From Thermoleophilia bacterium (GTDB lineage: Bacteria > Actinomycetota > Thermoleophilia > Gaiellales > Gaiellaceae): a stretch of DNA of 64,000 nucleotides. The stretch covers positions 46,531-110,530 of the forward strand of contig JADGPD010000001.1 in the NCBI GenBank assembly GCA_017882615.1, written 5' to 3'. Shown piece after piece: positions 8,137 to 17,514 of this stretch; the first letter of the stretch is position 1; every line of letters begins with the position of its first letter. Both the position numbers and the translations under genes were made by a program. Under the pieces are notes generated by a model. That model was given only the letters and a program-made list of their open reading frames with translations. It ran no database searches and was not told where the DNA came from.

Positions 8137-9528
8137 CTACGCCTTGGCCTTCGTCTTTTCGAGTCGGAGCTTGATCAGCTTGCCGCCCTCGGGGATGGGC
8201 GTCGGGTACTTGCCCTCGAGGCAGGCGCGGCAGAAGTTGGTGGCGGGCCGTTGCGAAGCGGCCTGCAGGCCGTCGAGCGAGAGGTGCGCGAGCGAGGTGG
8301 CGCCGATGTGGCTCCGTACCTCGTCGACCGTCTTGGAGCCGGCGATCAGCTGTTCGGCGTCGCCGAAGTCGATTCCGTAGAAACAGGGGAAGACGACCGG
8401 CGGCGAGGAGATGCGCACGTGCACCTCGGTCGCGCCGGCATCGAACAGCATGGAGACGATCTTGCGCGTGGTCGAGCCGCGCACAATCGAGTCGTCAACG
8501 ACCACCACGCGCTTACCGGCGACCTCGTCGAGCGGGTTGAACTTCAGCCTCACGCCCTGGTCGCGCAGCTTCTGCTCGGGCTCGATGAAGGTACGACCGA
8601 CGTAACGGTTCTTGATCAGCCCTTCGCTGAAAGGGATGCCGCTGCTGCGCGAGAACCCAATCGCGGCGGGCGTGCCGGAGTCGGGAATGGGCATTACCAG
8701 ATCGGCGCTGGCGGGCGCCTCGGCGGCCAGGATCTCGCCCATCCGCACGCGCGCCCCGTGGACTTCGACGTCGAGCAAGCGGCTGTCGGGTCGAGCCAGA
8801 TAGAAAAGCTCGAAAATGCAGAGCGCCGAGTGCTTGGCCGGCTCGACCGCCTGTATCTGACGGCAGCCGTCGTCGTCGATGATCACGAGCTCGCCCGGCT
8901 CGATCTCGCGCTCCAGCGTGGCGCCGATCAGATCGAGCGCGCAGCTCTCCGAGGCCACGACCCAGTCGTCGTCGAGGCGGCCGAAACACAGGGGGCGGAT
9001 GCCGTGCGGATCGCGGAAGGCGAGCAGCTTGCTCTCGGCGAGGGCGACGATCGAGTAGGCGCCGACCAGGCGACTCATCGCCGCCGCGACGGCCTCTTCG
9101 AGCGGGCGCTCGTCGTTGGCGATCATCGCGGCGACTATCTCGCTGTCGGAGCTCGTGCTCAGGCGCACGCGCTGCCGGGCGAGCTCTCCGCGCAGCTCCT
9201 CGACGTTGGTGAGATTGCCGTTGTGCGCGAGCGCGACCGTGCGCTCGCGGCCGCGCAAGATGAGCGGCTGAGAGTTCTCCCAGTGGCTGCCGCCGGTGGT
9301 CGAGTAGCGGCAATGGCCGATCGCCAGCTGTCCGTGCAGGCCGCGCAGGCTCTGTTCGTTGAAGACCTGTGTCACCAGTCCCATGTCCCTGAGGCCGTAG
9401 AGGCGGCCTTCATCGCAGACGGCGATCCCCGCCGACTCCTGCCCGCGGTGCTGGAGCGCGTGCAGCCCGAAATAGGTCAGGCGTGCGTTATCGCGCTCTG
9501 GCGCCCTGATACCGAAGATGCCGCACAT
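8137..9528 (-). CDS. purF: Amidophosphoribosyltransferase
   Basis: 463 aa. MCGIFGI N-terminus (catalytic Cys after Met) and a PRTase motif VVVVDDSIVRGST. The start abuts the purL stop. Confidence 0.95.
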   Translation of the reverse strand: MCGIFGIRAPERDNARLTYFGLHALQHRGQESAGIAVCDEGRLYGLRDMGLVTQVFNEQSLRGLHGQLAIGHCRYSTTGGSHWENSQPLILRGRERTVALAHNGNLTNVEELRGELARQRVRLSTSSDSEIVAAMIANDERPLEEAVAAAMSRLVGAYSIVALAESKLLAFRDPHGIRPLCFGRLDDDWVVASESCALDLIGATLEREIEPGELVIIDDDGCRQIQAVEPAKHSALCIFELFYLARPDSRLLDVEVHGARVRMGEILAAEAPASADLVMPIPDSGTPAAIGFSRSSGIPFSEGLIKNRYVGRTFIEPEQKLRDQGVRLKFNPLDEVAGKRVVVVDDSIVRGSTTRKIVSMLFDAGATEVHVRISSPPVVFPCFYGIDFGDAEQLIAGSKTVDEVRSHIGATSLAHLSLDGLQAASQRPATNFCRACLEGKYPTPIPEGGKLIKLRLEKTKAKA

Positions 9529-11640
9529 TCAGCTGTCCTTGGTAGATGTGCTCTTAGCTTGCCAGCAGCGAGTCAGCTGGGAGAGTGGCATCCCGTTCAG
9601 AGAGTCGCCGCCGGCGCTGCCGATCTCGCGCAGCGGCACTCCAGCCGTCTCGAGTTGGCTCACCTGCTCGCGCGCACAGGCGACGACGGCCAGGCCGCCG
9701 CATTCGCCAAAGAGCTGGACGGGATCGGCGGGGAGATCCAGGTGGGCGCCAATGCCGCTGAAGATCGCACACTCGGCGAGGCAGACGGCGAGCCCGCCTT
9801 CGGCGACGTCGTGGGCGATCGAGAACAGGCGGTTGTTCTTCCAAAGGAAACGGATCAGGGCTGCCTCCGCCTCGAGGTCGAACTCGGCCGGCGCGCCGCA
9901 GACCTTGTCGTACAGCGCCTGGTACTCCGAGCCGGCGATCGAGAGACGGGACTCGCCCGCGAGCAAGACGACGTCGCCGTCGCGCCAGGCGCCTCCGATC
10001 TCGCGCACGTCGGGGACGAGGCCCACGCAGCCGACGACCGGTGTCGGGTAGATCGGCTGCCCGTCGGTCTCGTTGTAGAGCGAGACGTTGCCCGAGACAA
10101 CGGGAATCCCGAGCGCCTCACAGGCCTGGGCCATGCCCTCGATCGCCTCGGAAAGCTCCCAGGCCATCTCGGGCTTCTCGGGGTTGCCGAAGTTGAGGCA
10201 GTTCGTGATCGCCAGCGGCTCGCCGCCGGAGCAGGCCACGTTGCGCGCCGCTTCGAGCACGGCATGAGCGCCGCCGATGCGCGGGTCGAGCCAGGCGATG
10301 CGACCGTTGCCGTCGAGCGAGAGCGCCAGGCCGCGCAGCGACGGCCGCAACCTCAGCACGCCGGCATCGAGCCCGGGCCGGCGCACCGTGCGCGAGCCGA
10401 CGATGTAGTCGTAGCGCTCGAAGACCCAGGCGCGGTCGCGGATGTTGTCGGAGGCGAGCAATTCGAGCAGCGCCTGGCGGAAGGGCGGGGCGACCGGGGT
10501 GGGGGGCGGATCCTGCTTCGGCCGGGCCGCCAACTCGAGCTGGTAACGGGGCGCATCCTCGGTCAGGAAACGGGCCGGGATGTCGCCGATCACATCGCCG
10601 TGCCAGAAGCAGCGCAGCACGCCCGAGTCGGTCACCGTGCCGATCTCGGTGCAGGGCAGCTCCCAGCGGGCGCAGACATCTTTTACGGCCGGCACGAGCG
10701 ATGGCGTGACGGCGGCGACCATCCGCTCCTGGCTCTCCGAGACCATGATCTCCCAGGGCTCGAGATCGTCCTGGCGCAGCGGGACTCGGTCGAGGTGGAT
10801 GTCGAGGCCGAAGGAGGCCGCCATCTCGGACAGCGCCGAGGCCAGTCCGGCCGCGCCGCAATCCTGCAGGCTCTCGACCAGGTTCGACTCGATCAGCTCG
10901 ACCGAGACCTCGATCAGTTTCTTGCCGGTGAAGGGGTCGCCGACCTGGACGCTCGGACGCTTGTCGGCGTCGTCCTCGCCCAGCTCCTGGCTGGCCAGCA
11001 CACTGGCGCCGCCGATGCCGTCGCGCCCGGTGGTGGCGCCGAACATGACCACGCTGCCGACGCCGCTGGCTCGCGCGCTGGTGAGCTGCTCGCGCGGCAG
11101 GATGCCGACGCACATCGCGTTGACCAGGCAGTTGCCCGCGTAGCGCGAGTCGAAGAAGGTGGCGCCGCCGACGTTGGGCACTCCTACGCAGTTGCCGTAG
11201 GTGCCGATACCGGCCACCGCCCGCTCGAACTGGATGTCGTCCTCGCCGAAGTAGAGACCGTCGAGCAGCGCGATCGGGCGCGCGCCCATGGCGTAGATGT
11301 CGCGCAGGATGCCGCCCACTCCGGTCGCGGCGCCCTCGAAGGGCTCGACCGCCGAGGGGTGGTTGTGGCTCTCGACCTTGAACGCGACCGCGTCGCCCTC
11401 GCCGATGTCCACGACGCCGGCGTTCTCGCCAGGGCCCTGGAGCACGCGCTCGCCCTTGGTCGGAAATCGCTTCAGCAGCAGAGTCGAGTGCTTGTAGCCG
11501 CAGTGCTCCGACCAGAGCAGCGAGAAGACGGCTAGCTCGAAGTGATTGGGCTCGCGCCCAAGTAGCTCGCAGATTCGCTGGAGCTCCCAGTCGGTGAGCC
11601 CGAGCGCGCGGTGGATCGGCTGTTCTTCGATCTTCGCCAG
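9529..11640 (-). CDS. purL: Phosphoribosylformylglycinamidine synthase subunit PurL
   Basis: PurL-like along its whole length. Conserved N-terminal residues (LGREPNHFELAVFSLLWSEHCGYKHS) lie upstream of the first ATG/GTG (11445). The frame is open only to a TAG at 11653-11655, and the only plausible initiator there is CTG at 11640. Confidence 0.85.
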   Translation of the reverse strand: MAKIEEQPIHRALGLTDWELQRICELLGREPNHFELAVFSLLWSEHCGYKHSTLLLKRFPTKGERVLQGPGENAGVVDIGEGDAVAFKVESHNHPSAVEPFEGAATGVGGILRDIYAMGARPIALLDGLYFGEDDIQFERAVAGIGTYGNCVGVPNVGGATFFDSRYAGNCLVNAMCVGILPREQLTSARASGVGSVVMFGATTGRDGIGGASVLASQELGEDDADKRPSVQVGDPFTGKKLIEVSVELIESNLVESLQDCGAAGLASALSEMAASFGLDIHLDRVPLRQDDLEPWEIMVSESQERMVAAVTPSLVPAVKDVCARWELPCTEIGTVTDSGVLRCFWHGDVIGDIPARFLTEDAPRYQLELAARPKQDPPPTPVAPPFRQALLELLASDNIRDRAWVFERYDYIVGSRTVRRPGLDAGVLRLRPSLRGLALSLDGNGRIAWLDPRIGGAHAVLEAARNVACSGGEPLAITNCLNFGNPEKPEMAWELSEAIEGMAQACEALGIPVVSGNVSLYNETDGQPIYPTPVVGCVGLVPDVREIGGAWRDGDVVLLAGESRLSIAGSEYQALYDKVCGAPAEFDLEAEAALIRFLWKNNRLFSIAHDVAEGGLAVCLAECAIFSGIGAHLDLPADPVQLFGECGGLAVVACAREQVSQLETAGVPLREIGSAGGDSLNGMPLSQLTRCWQAKSTSTKDS

Positions 11641-11883
11641 AGTTGGTTCAGTCTATCGGCGCGCCTGGATGTGGCTGCGGTTGAGTGTGATCAGGCTCAA
11701 CCGAGCTTCGCCCCGGCACTTCTCTATTCGCCCGCCCCCAAAGCCACCCGCCCGCGGGGTGATTGAAAAGTAACGATGCTTGAAGCCGAAAGGCGCGTCT
11801 CGGTGTGCCGATTCAGATTCGGATCGGTAACGCGGCGACGCGCCGCCCGTTTCGTCTGAGCGTTCCCGGGGGATCTGGTTCGA

Positions 11884-12459
11884 GTGGCCGTTTCATCCAA
11901 AGACGCAGGTGACCCCGCTAGGGTTCGGGACGCGATGACAGGTAGCCAGTTGAGACTGCGACGAGCGGGGCTCCGCGATGTGGACTACCTGCTCGAGCTG
12001 CAGGTTGATCCCGATATCGCGCCCTTCCTATCGGCGGGAAGAGCCGCGAGCCGCGAAGAGCTGGTGGAGGAGGTCGAGCGCTCGCTCGTCGATCCCCAGG
12101 CCTTTGGTCGGCTGATGATCGAGACGCCGCATGAGCGCGAGTGGAGACTGGTAGGCGCGATCGGCTTCGAGCGTACGAACAAGCGCAGCCGCATCGCCCG
12201 CATCGGCGGCCTGGCCGTTCATCCCGATTTCCGCGGTCACGGTTTGGGCAAGGCGGCGGTGCGCGAGCTAGCGCGCGTTCTCTTCGGCGAGCTCGGCTAC
12301 CACCGGCTCGAGGCCGGCGTCTACGGCTTCAACGAGCGGGGCATGGCCGCGATCGAGAACGCGGGCTTCGTGCGCGAAGGCGTCAAGCGCCTTGCCTACA
12401 GACCCGCCGACGAATGGGTGGACGCGGTCGAGTTCGGTCTCCTGGCGGACGAGCTCTAG
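11884..12459 (+). CDS. GNAT family N-acetyltransferase (RimJ/RimL-like)
   Basis: 191 aa with an acetyl-CoA binding segment (VHPDFRGHGLGKAAVRELARV) and HRLEAGVYGFNERGMAAIENAGF. GTG start. Confidence 0.8.
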   Translation: MAVSSKDAGDPARVRDAMTGSQLRLRRAGLRDVDYLLELQVDPDIAPFLSAGRAASREELVEEVERSLVDPQAFGRLMIETPHEREWRLVGAIGFERTNKRSRIARIGGLAVHPDFRGHGLGKAAVRELARVLFGELGYHRLEAGVYGFNERGMAAIENAGFVREGVKRLAYRPADEWVDAVEFGLLADEL

Positions 12460-12510
12460 CCTCCGACCGTTCCGCGCAGCCGGCATCGACCGCGACGTAG
12501 GATCTGCTCC

Positions 12511-12894
12511 ATGGAACTGATTCACACCTGCTACCGCATCGGCGACCCTGAGAAGTCGACCGCCTTCTACCAGGCGCTCGGCCTGGAGAAGCGGCGCGAG
12601 CAGCCGATCCGCGACGAGGCGGTCAACTACTTCTTCGGCGTCCCCGGCCGGCCCAGCCCCGAGCTCGAGCTCACCTACAACTTCGGCGTCTCAAGCTACG
12701 AGATCGGTAGTGGCTTCGGTCATCTCGCCCTGCGCGTGGACGACCTCGCGGCAACGCTGGAGCAGCTTGCGCGGGAGTACAGCATCGAGCCCGAGCGCGC
12801 GCCCTACCGGGTCAGCGAGAGTGGACCGCTGATCTGTTTTGTGCGCGATCCGGACGACTACAGGATCGAGCTGATCGACACCTCCGGCCGCTAG
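12511..12894 (+). CDS. VOC family protein / lactoylglutathione lyase-like (glyoxalase I)
   Basis: 127 aa. HTCYRIGDPEKSTAFY, LELTYN, GFGHLA and DPDDYRIELI match the glyoxalase I pattern. Confidence 0.8.
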   Translation: MELIHTCYRIGDPEKSTAFYQALGLEKRREQPIRDEAVNYFFGVPGRPSPELELTYNFGVSSYEIGSGFGHLALRVDDLAATLEQLAREYSIEPERAPYRVSESGPLICFVRDPDDYRIELIDTSGR

Positions 12895-12900
12895 ACGGGC

Positions 12901-13602
12901 TTAGACCAGCGCCGCGCTCTGCTCGCGCGCGGCGTCCGCGAGCGAGGCGAGGATCAGGGCGCCGTCGGCCGAGCCGAGCAGGCGATCGACGGCATGCTCG
13001 GGGTGGGGCATCATCCCCATCACGTTGCCGAGCTCGTTGACGACGCCGGCGATGTTCAGCGCCGAGCCGTTCGGGTTGTCGCCGTGGTAGCGAAGCACGA
13101 TCTGATTCTTCTTTTCGAGCTCGGCCAGCAGCTCGTCCGAGCCGGTGAAGTTTCCGTAGCCGTGCTTGATCGGGATGCTCAGCCGCTGGCCCTGCTCGCA
13201 GCGCGAGGTGAAGGGAGTGTCTGTTCGCTCGACGCGCAGCGTGGTGTCGCGGCAGACGAAGGAGAGAGAGGCGTTCCGGATCAGCACGCCGGGAAGCAAT
13301 CCAGCCTCGCAGAGGATCTGGAAGCCGTTGCAGATGCCGAGCACGAGCCCGCCCTTGGCGGCGAACTCGGTCACCGACTCCATGATCGGAGCGAAGCGGG
13401 CGATCGCGCCTCCGCGCAGGTAGTCGCCGTAGGAGAAGCCACCGGGAAGCACGACGGCCGCCGTGTCCTTCGGCAGCTCGGTCTCGGCGTGCCAGACGAG
13501 CTGCGGCTCGACGTCCACCGCGGCCAGCGCCCAGGCGGCGTCGTGATCGTCGAGCGAGCCGAGGAAGGTGATGACCGCGATCTTGGGACGGTTCGGGGTC
13601 AC
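12901..13602 (-). CDS. purQ: Phosphoribosylformylglycinamidine synthase, glutaminase subunit PurQ
   Basis: 233 aa. GICNGFQIL nucleophile elbow and MGMMPHPE histidine motif. GTGA overlap with the purS stop. Confidence 0.93.
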   Translation of the reverse strand: MTPNRPKIAVITFLGSLDDHDAAWALAAVDVEPQLVWHAETELPKDTAAVVLPGGFSYGDYLRGGAIARFAPIMESVTEFAAKGGLVLGICNGFQILCEAGLLPGVLIRNASLSFVCRDTTLRVERTDTPFTSRCEQGQRLSIPIKHGYGNFTGSDELLAELEKKNQIVLRYHGDNPNGSALNIAGVVNELGNVMGMMPHPEHAVDRLLGSADGALILASLADAAREQSAALV

Positions 13603-13844
13603 GCTTCCTCCAGCAGCTCGATCTCGTAGCTTTCGATCAGCGGATTGGCCAGCAGGTCGTGCGAGATCTGCTGCAGCTCGGCCAGCGCCCGCTCGCGCTC
13701 GGAGGTCTCCAGCTCGATGTCGACCACGCGTCCGATGCGAACGCTGACGATGTCGAAGCCCGATTTGGCGAGCGAGCCCCTTACCGCCTCGCCCTGCGGA
13801 TCCTTGATGCCGGCCTTGGGCCGCACGAACACCGTCGCTTTCAC
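13599..13844 (-). CDS. purS: Phosphoribosylformylglycinamidine synthase subunit PurS
   Basis: 81 aa starting VKATVFVRPKAGIKDPQGEAV, as PurS does. The GTG start overlaps the purC TGA (GTGA). The longer track ORF (13599-14465) is antisense-type Arg-rich and was rejected. Confidence 0.88.
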   Translation of the reverse strand: MKATVFVRPKAGIKDPQGEAVRGSLAKSGFDIVSVRIGRVVDIELETSERERALAELQQISHDLLANPLIESYEIELLEEA

Positions 13845-14707
13845 CTGAGCACCACCTCCGGGTTTGCCAGATAGTCGTCGAATGAAATCTCGGTCAGTCG
13901 CTCGAAGGCCTGGACGTAGCGCGCGCGGGTCGATGCGACGACGTCTTCCGGCAGCTCCGGGCCGGGATATGCCTTGTCCCAGCCCGTCCCCTCGGTCCAG
14001 TCTCTGACCGGCTGCTTGTCGAAAGAGGGCTGCGGGCCACCGGGGCGGTAGCCGTCGGCAGCCCAGAAGCGGGAGGAGTCGGGCGTGAACAGCTCGTCGC
14101 CCAAGACGAGTGCGCCTTCCGCGTCGAGCCCGAGCTCGAACTTGGTGTCGGCGAGCAGAATTCCCCGCTCGGCGGCGTAGGCGGCGGCGAAGCGGTAGAG
14201 ATCCAGCGAGACCTCTTCCAGCTCGGCGTAGCGCTCTTCGCCCACCAGCTCGGCGCCGCGGGCGCGATCGACCGTCTCGTCGTGGCCGACCAGCGCCTTG
14301 GTCGAAGGCGTGAAGATCGGCTCGGGTAGCCGCTCCGACTCGACCAGGCCGGGCGGAGGAGCGTGCCCCGCGATCTCGCCGGAGCGCTGGTAGTCCTTCC
14401 AGCCCGATCCGGCCAGGTAGCCGCGAACGACGCACTCCAGGGGCAGCATCTCGAGCCGGCGGCACTCGCTCGAGCGCCCGTCGGCGCGCAGGCCGAGCAG
14501 ATGGTTGGGGACGATCTCGCGCGTTCGCGCGAACCAGAAGCCCGAGATCCCGGTGAGCACCCGGCCCTTGTCCGGGATGTCGGTGGGCAGCACGACGTCG
14601 AAGACCGAGATGCGATCGGAGGCGACAAGCAGCACCGTCTGCGCGTCGAGCGCGAAGATTTCTCGCACCTTGCCCGAGGCGAGGTGCTGCGCCTGCCCTT
14701 CCGTCAC
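13841..14707 (-). CDS. purC: Phosphoribosylaminoimidazole-succinocarboxamide synthase
   Basis: 288 aa with SGKVREIF, RISVFD and LADTKFELG SAICAR synthetase motifs. GTGA overlap with the purB stop. Confidence 0.93.
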   Translation of the reverse strand: MTEGQAQHLASGKVREIFALDAQTVLLVASDRISVFDVVLPTDIPDKGRVLTGISGFWFARTREIVPNHLLGLRADGRSSECRRLEMLPLECVVRGYLAGSGWKDYQRSGEIAGHAPPPGLVESERLPEPIFTPSTKALVGHDETVDRARGAELVGEERYAELEEVSLDLYRFAAAYAAERGILLADTKFELGLDAEGALVLGDELFTPDSSRFWAADGYRPGGPQPSFDKQPVRDWTEGTGWDKAYPGPELPEDVVASTRARYVQAFERLTEISFDDYLANPEVVLR

Positions 14708-16020
14708 TTCTTCTCCTTGCCCACGCTGGCGTCGAGCCGCGCGAAGACGGTGTCCACGTGCTCGAGGTAGGCGTCGTTGTCGAAGACCGCTTCGAGCGCT
14801 TTCTCGTCCAGCCTAGCCGTCACCTCATGGTCGGCCTCGACCAGTTCGCGGAAGCTCGTCTCGGTATCCCAGGCCTGCATGGCGCCCTGCTGGACGATGC
14901 GGTAGGCCTCGTCGCGCGGAAGGCCGGAGGAGACGAGCGCCAGCAGCAGGCGCTGGCTGAAATAGAGGCCGAAGGAGGCTTCGAGGTTGCGGCGCATGCG
15001 CTCGGGGAAGACGACCATCCCGTCCACGAGCCAGGCGAAGCGCTCGAGCATGTAGTCGAGCGCGAAGAAGGCATCGGGGATGACCACCCGCTCGGCAGAG
15101 GAGTGGGAGATGTCGCGCTCGTGCCAGAGGGCGACGTTCTCGAGCCCGACCAGCGCTGCGGCGCGCACGACGCGGGCCAGCCCGCAGATGCGCTCGGCCA
15201 CGACCGGGTTGCGCTTGTGCGGCATGGCCGAGGAGCCCTTCTGGCCCTTGCCGAACGGTTCCTGCACTTCGCGTACCTCGGTGCGGGCGAGGTGGCGGAT
15301 CTCGAGCGCGAACTTGTCGAGCGACGAGGCGCAGAGTGCGAGCGCGTTCAGCAGCTCGGCGTGGCGGTCGCGCTGGATGATCTGGGTCGAGGCGGGCGCC
15401 GGCTCGAGCCCGAGGCGCTTGCAGGCGATCTCTTCCAGGCGGGGGTCGGTTGCGGCGTAGGTGCCGACGACACCGGAGAGCTTGCCGACGCGCATCTGCT
15501 CGAGCGCTTGCATCAGACGGTTGCGGTTGCGCTTCAGCTCGAAGGCCCAGACGGCCAGCTTGAGGCCGAAGCTGATCGGTTCGGCGTGAACGCCGTGGGT
15601 GCGGCCGATGCAGACGGTCCGGCGATGCTCGCGCGCCCGGGCGACGACCGCTGCGAGCGCTCGATCGAGCCCTTCCACGATCAGCTCGCCGGCGCGCCCG
15701 ATCTGCAGCGAGAGCGCCGTGTCTACGACATCCGAGGAGGTGAGCCCGTAATGGAACCAGCGCCCCTCCTCGCCGAGCTGCTCGCAGACCGCGTCGATAA
15801 AGGCGGCGGTGTCGTGATGAAGCGTGGCCTCGATCTCGCGCACGCGCGCCGGATCGGGCGTCTTTGCCGTCGCGACGATCTGTTGCGCCTGATCGCGCGG
15901 GATGGCGCCCAGCTCGGCCCAAGCCTCCAGCGCCGCCAGCTCCACCTCCAGCCAACTAGAGAGCTTGCCCTCGTCCGACCAGAGAGCGGCCATGGCGGGG
16001 CGGGAGTAGCGAGCGATCAC
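14704..16020 (-). CDS. purB: Adenylosuccinate lyase
   Basis: 438 aa with the fumarate-lyase signature GSSAMPHKRNP and a RYSRP N-terminus. Confidence 0.95.
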   Translation of the reverse strand: MIARYSRPAMAALWSDEGKLSSWLEVELAALEAWAELGAIPRDQAQQIVATAKTPDPARVREIEATLHHDTAAFIDAVCEQLGEEGRWFHYGLTSSDVVDTALSLQIGRAGELIVEGLDRALAAVVARAREHRRTVCIGRTHGVHAEPISFGLKLAVWAFELKRNRNRLMQALEQMRVGKLSGVVGTYAATDPRLEEIACKRLGLEPAPASTQIIQRDRHAELLNALALCASSLDKFALEIRHLARTEVREVQEPFGKGQKGSSAMPHKRNPVVAERICGLARVVRAAALVGLENVALWHERDISHSSAERVVIPDAFFALDYMLERFAWLVDGMVVFPERMRRNLEASFGLYFSQRLLLALVSSGLPRDEAYRIVQQGAMQAWDTETSFRELVEADHEVTARLDEKALEAVFDNDAYLEHVDTVFARLDASVGKEKK

Positions 16021-16116
16021 TAGCGGTAGTTTAGATGTAGCTCTGGCCGGCGCTCGGGGCGAGCCGCTCCGACGGCAGAGAGGGGCGTTGGCTCAGAATG
16101 GAGCACGATTCCAAAC

Positions 16117-17061
16117 GTGACGAACGAGCAGCGAGACAGCGAGCGGGAGAAAAGCCGACGGCGCCTACGGCGCCAGAGACAGGTGGCGGCGCTTGCCGTC
16201 GTGCTGGCGCTCGCCGTCCTGCTCGGGCTCGGCCTGTTCCTGCTGCCCGGAGGCGATTCGTCTGCGCCGGCGCCGGCGCATCGCGCCAAGACGAGTGCGC
16301 GGAAAAAGGTCGAGCCGAAGCCCGTCGCCCCTGTGCCCTGGCTGTCCGCGCTTGCCGGGGCGATCAACAAGGCCACCCATCTGGGCGAGAACGCCGCGCT
16401 CGATCGGTTTTCCACCCGAGGCAAGCGCGTTTACTGCGGCGGCTTGAGCGGCCACTACGTTGCACTCACCTTCGACGACGGCCCGGGCGCGTACACGCCG
16501 CGAACTCTGGCGATTCTCCACAAGAGTCACCTGCGCGCGACGTTCTTCCTGATCGGCAGCAACGTGCCGTCGCGGCCAAGCTTGGCGCGAATAGAGCTGA
16601 AGGACTACGCCTCGCTCGGAGTCCACGCCTGGGTGCACAAGTCGCTCGTACGACTCAAGCAGGCGAAGATACGCAACCAGATCGTCTGGACGAGAAACGC
16701 GATCGCCACGGCGACTGGCGCGCAGGCGCGTCTTTTCCGCCCGCCGTACGGCGCTCGGAACGCCCGGGTCGATCGCGTCGCGCGTCGGCTCGGAATGGTC
16801 GAGGTGCTCTGGAGCATCGACAGCGGCGATTCGCTGGGTAAGAACTGGCGCCAGATCGGGCGCGAAGTGCTACGCAACATCCAGCCTGGCTCGATCGTTC
16901 TGATGCACGACAACCGCGGCCAGACAATCCGCGCCCTCCATCGCCTGATTCTGCCGGGGCTCGCGAAGCGCGGCCTGATTCCGGTCACCGTGCCGGAGCT
17001 TCTGATGCTCGATCCGCCCGTCGGCCCGTCCAGTCGCTGCTGGGCCAACTGGCGCGGGTAG
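16117..17061 (+). CDS. Polysaccharide deacetylase (NodB homology domain), membrane-anchored
   Basis: 314 aa. Basic N-terminus plus one TM helix, then VALTFDDGP, LRATFFLIG and RPPYG NodB motifs. Confidence 0.85.
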   Translation: MTNEQRDSEREKSRRRLRRQRQVAALAVVLALAVLLGLGLFLLPGGDSSAPAPAHRAKTSARKKVEPKPVAPVPWLSALAGAINKATHLGENAALDRFSTRGKRVYCGGLSGHYVALTFDDGPGAYTPRTLAILHKSHLRATFFLIGSNVPSRPSLARIELKDYASLGVHAWVHKSLVRLKQAKIRNQIVWTRNAIATATGAQARLFRPPYGARNARVDRVARRLGMVEVLWSIDSGDSLGKNWRQIGREVLRNIQPGSIVLMHDNRGQTIRALHRLILPGLAKRGLIPVTVPELLMLDPPVGPSSRCWANWRG

Positions 17062-17514
17062 TCAGAGCAACCCGGGAAAGAAGCGCTTGCGCACCCGGCC
17101 CAGGTACTCGCTGTAGCCCGGATCGGCCTCCGCGAGCAGCCGCTCTTCGTAGCGCGCCTTGAGCAGGAGGAAGGGAATGCTTGCCAGCGCCGGAGCCAGA
17201 GCCAGCGGGCCCGTAATGAGCGCGGCGCCGGTCAGGAGGACGATGACCCCGCCGTACATGGGGTGGCGAACGAAACGGAATGGCCCGCGTTCGAGGTGGG
17301 CTCCGCGCGGGCTCGGGAACGGAGTGAGCGATGAGCCCAACGTCCGTCCGGCCCAGAGCATCACGAACCCGCCCGCGAGCACGAGCGCGATCCCGGCGAT
17401 CGCAACGGCGAGCCGAGCAGGCCAGTGCGGAGCGAACACCGCGGTGACGATCAGCACGGCGAAGAGGAGAAGCTGACCTCCGACCCAGAGCCGATCAGCG
17501 TTCGCTCGCGACAT
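17062..17514 (-). CDS. Isoprenylcysteine carboxyl methyltransferase (ICMT/PEMT-like) family membrane protein
   Basis: 150 aa, polytopic, with a GPFRFVRHPMYGG motif. Its ATG shares 1 nt with the purE TGA (TGATG). Confidence 0.7.
   Translation of the reverse strand: MSRANADRLWVGGQLLLFAVLIVTAVFAPHWPARLAVAIAGIALVLAGGFVMLWAGRTLGSSLTPFPSPRGAHLERGPFRFVRHPMYGGVIVLLTGAALITGPLALAPALASIPFLLLKARYEERLLAEADPGYSEYLGRVRKRFFPGLL

Noticed and set aside
8251-11535. 1094-aa plus-strand ORF spanning purF and purL
   Set aside because: It is antisense to two unmistakable conserved genes. The translation is Arg/Ala/Gly/Asp-rich with no motifs, the typical stop-codon-poor shadow frame of high-GC DNA. The same reasoning rejects 3680-4759(+), 14758-16023(+), 23168-24634(+), 28225-29313(-), 34173-35582(-), 39612-41120(-), 38301-39350(-), 61417-62406(-), 62157-63149(-) and the many shorter shadow ORFs in the track.
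11641-11883. Riboswitch (ZTP/pfl, purine or PRPP type) in the 243-bp region upstream of purL
   Set aside because: I read both strands looking for the conserved ZTP (ACUGGCG ... CCGCCUGGGC) and purine-riboswitch cores and found no convincing match, only generic GC hairpins. A covariance-model scan (Rfam/Infernal) would be decisive.
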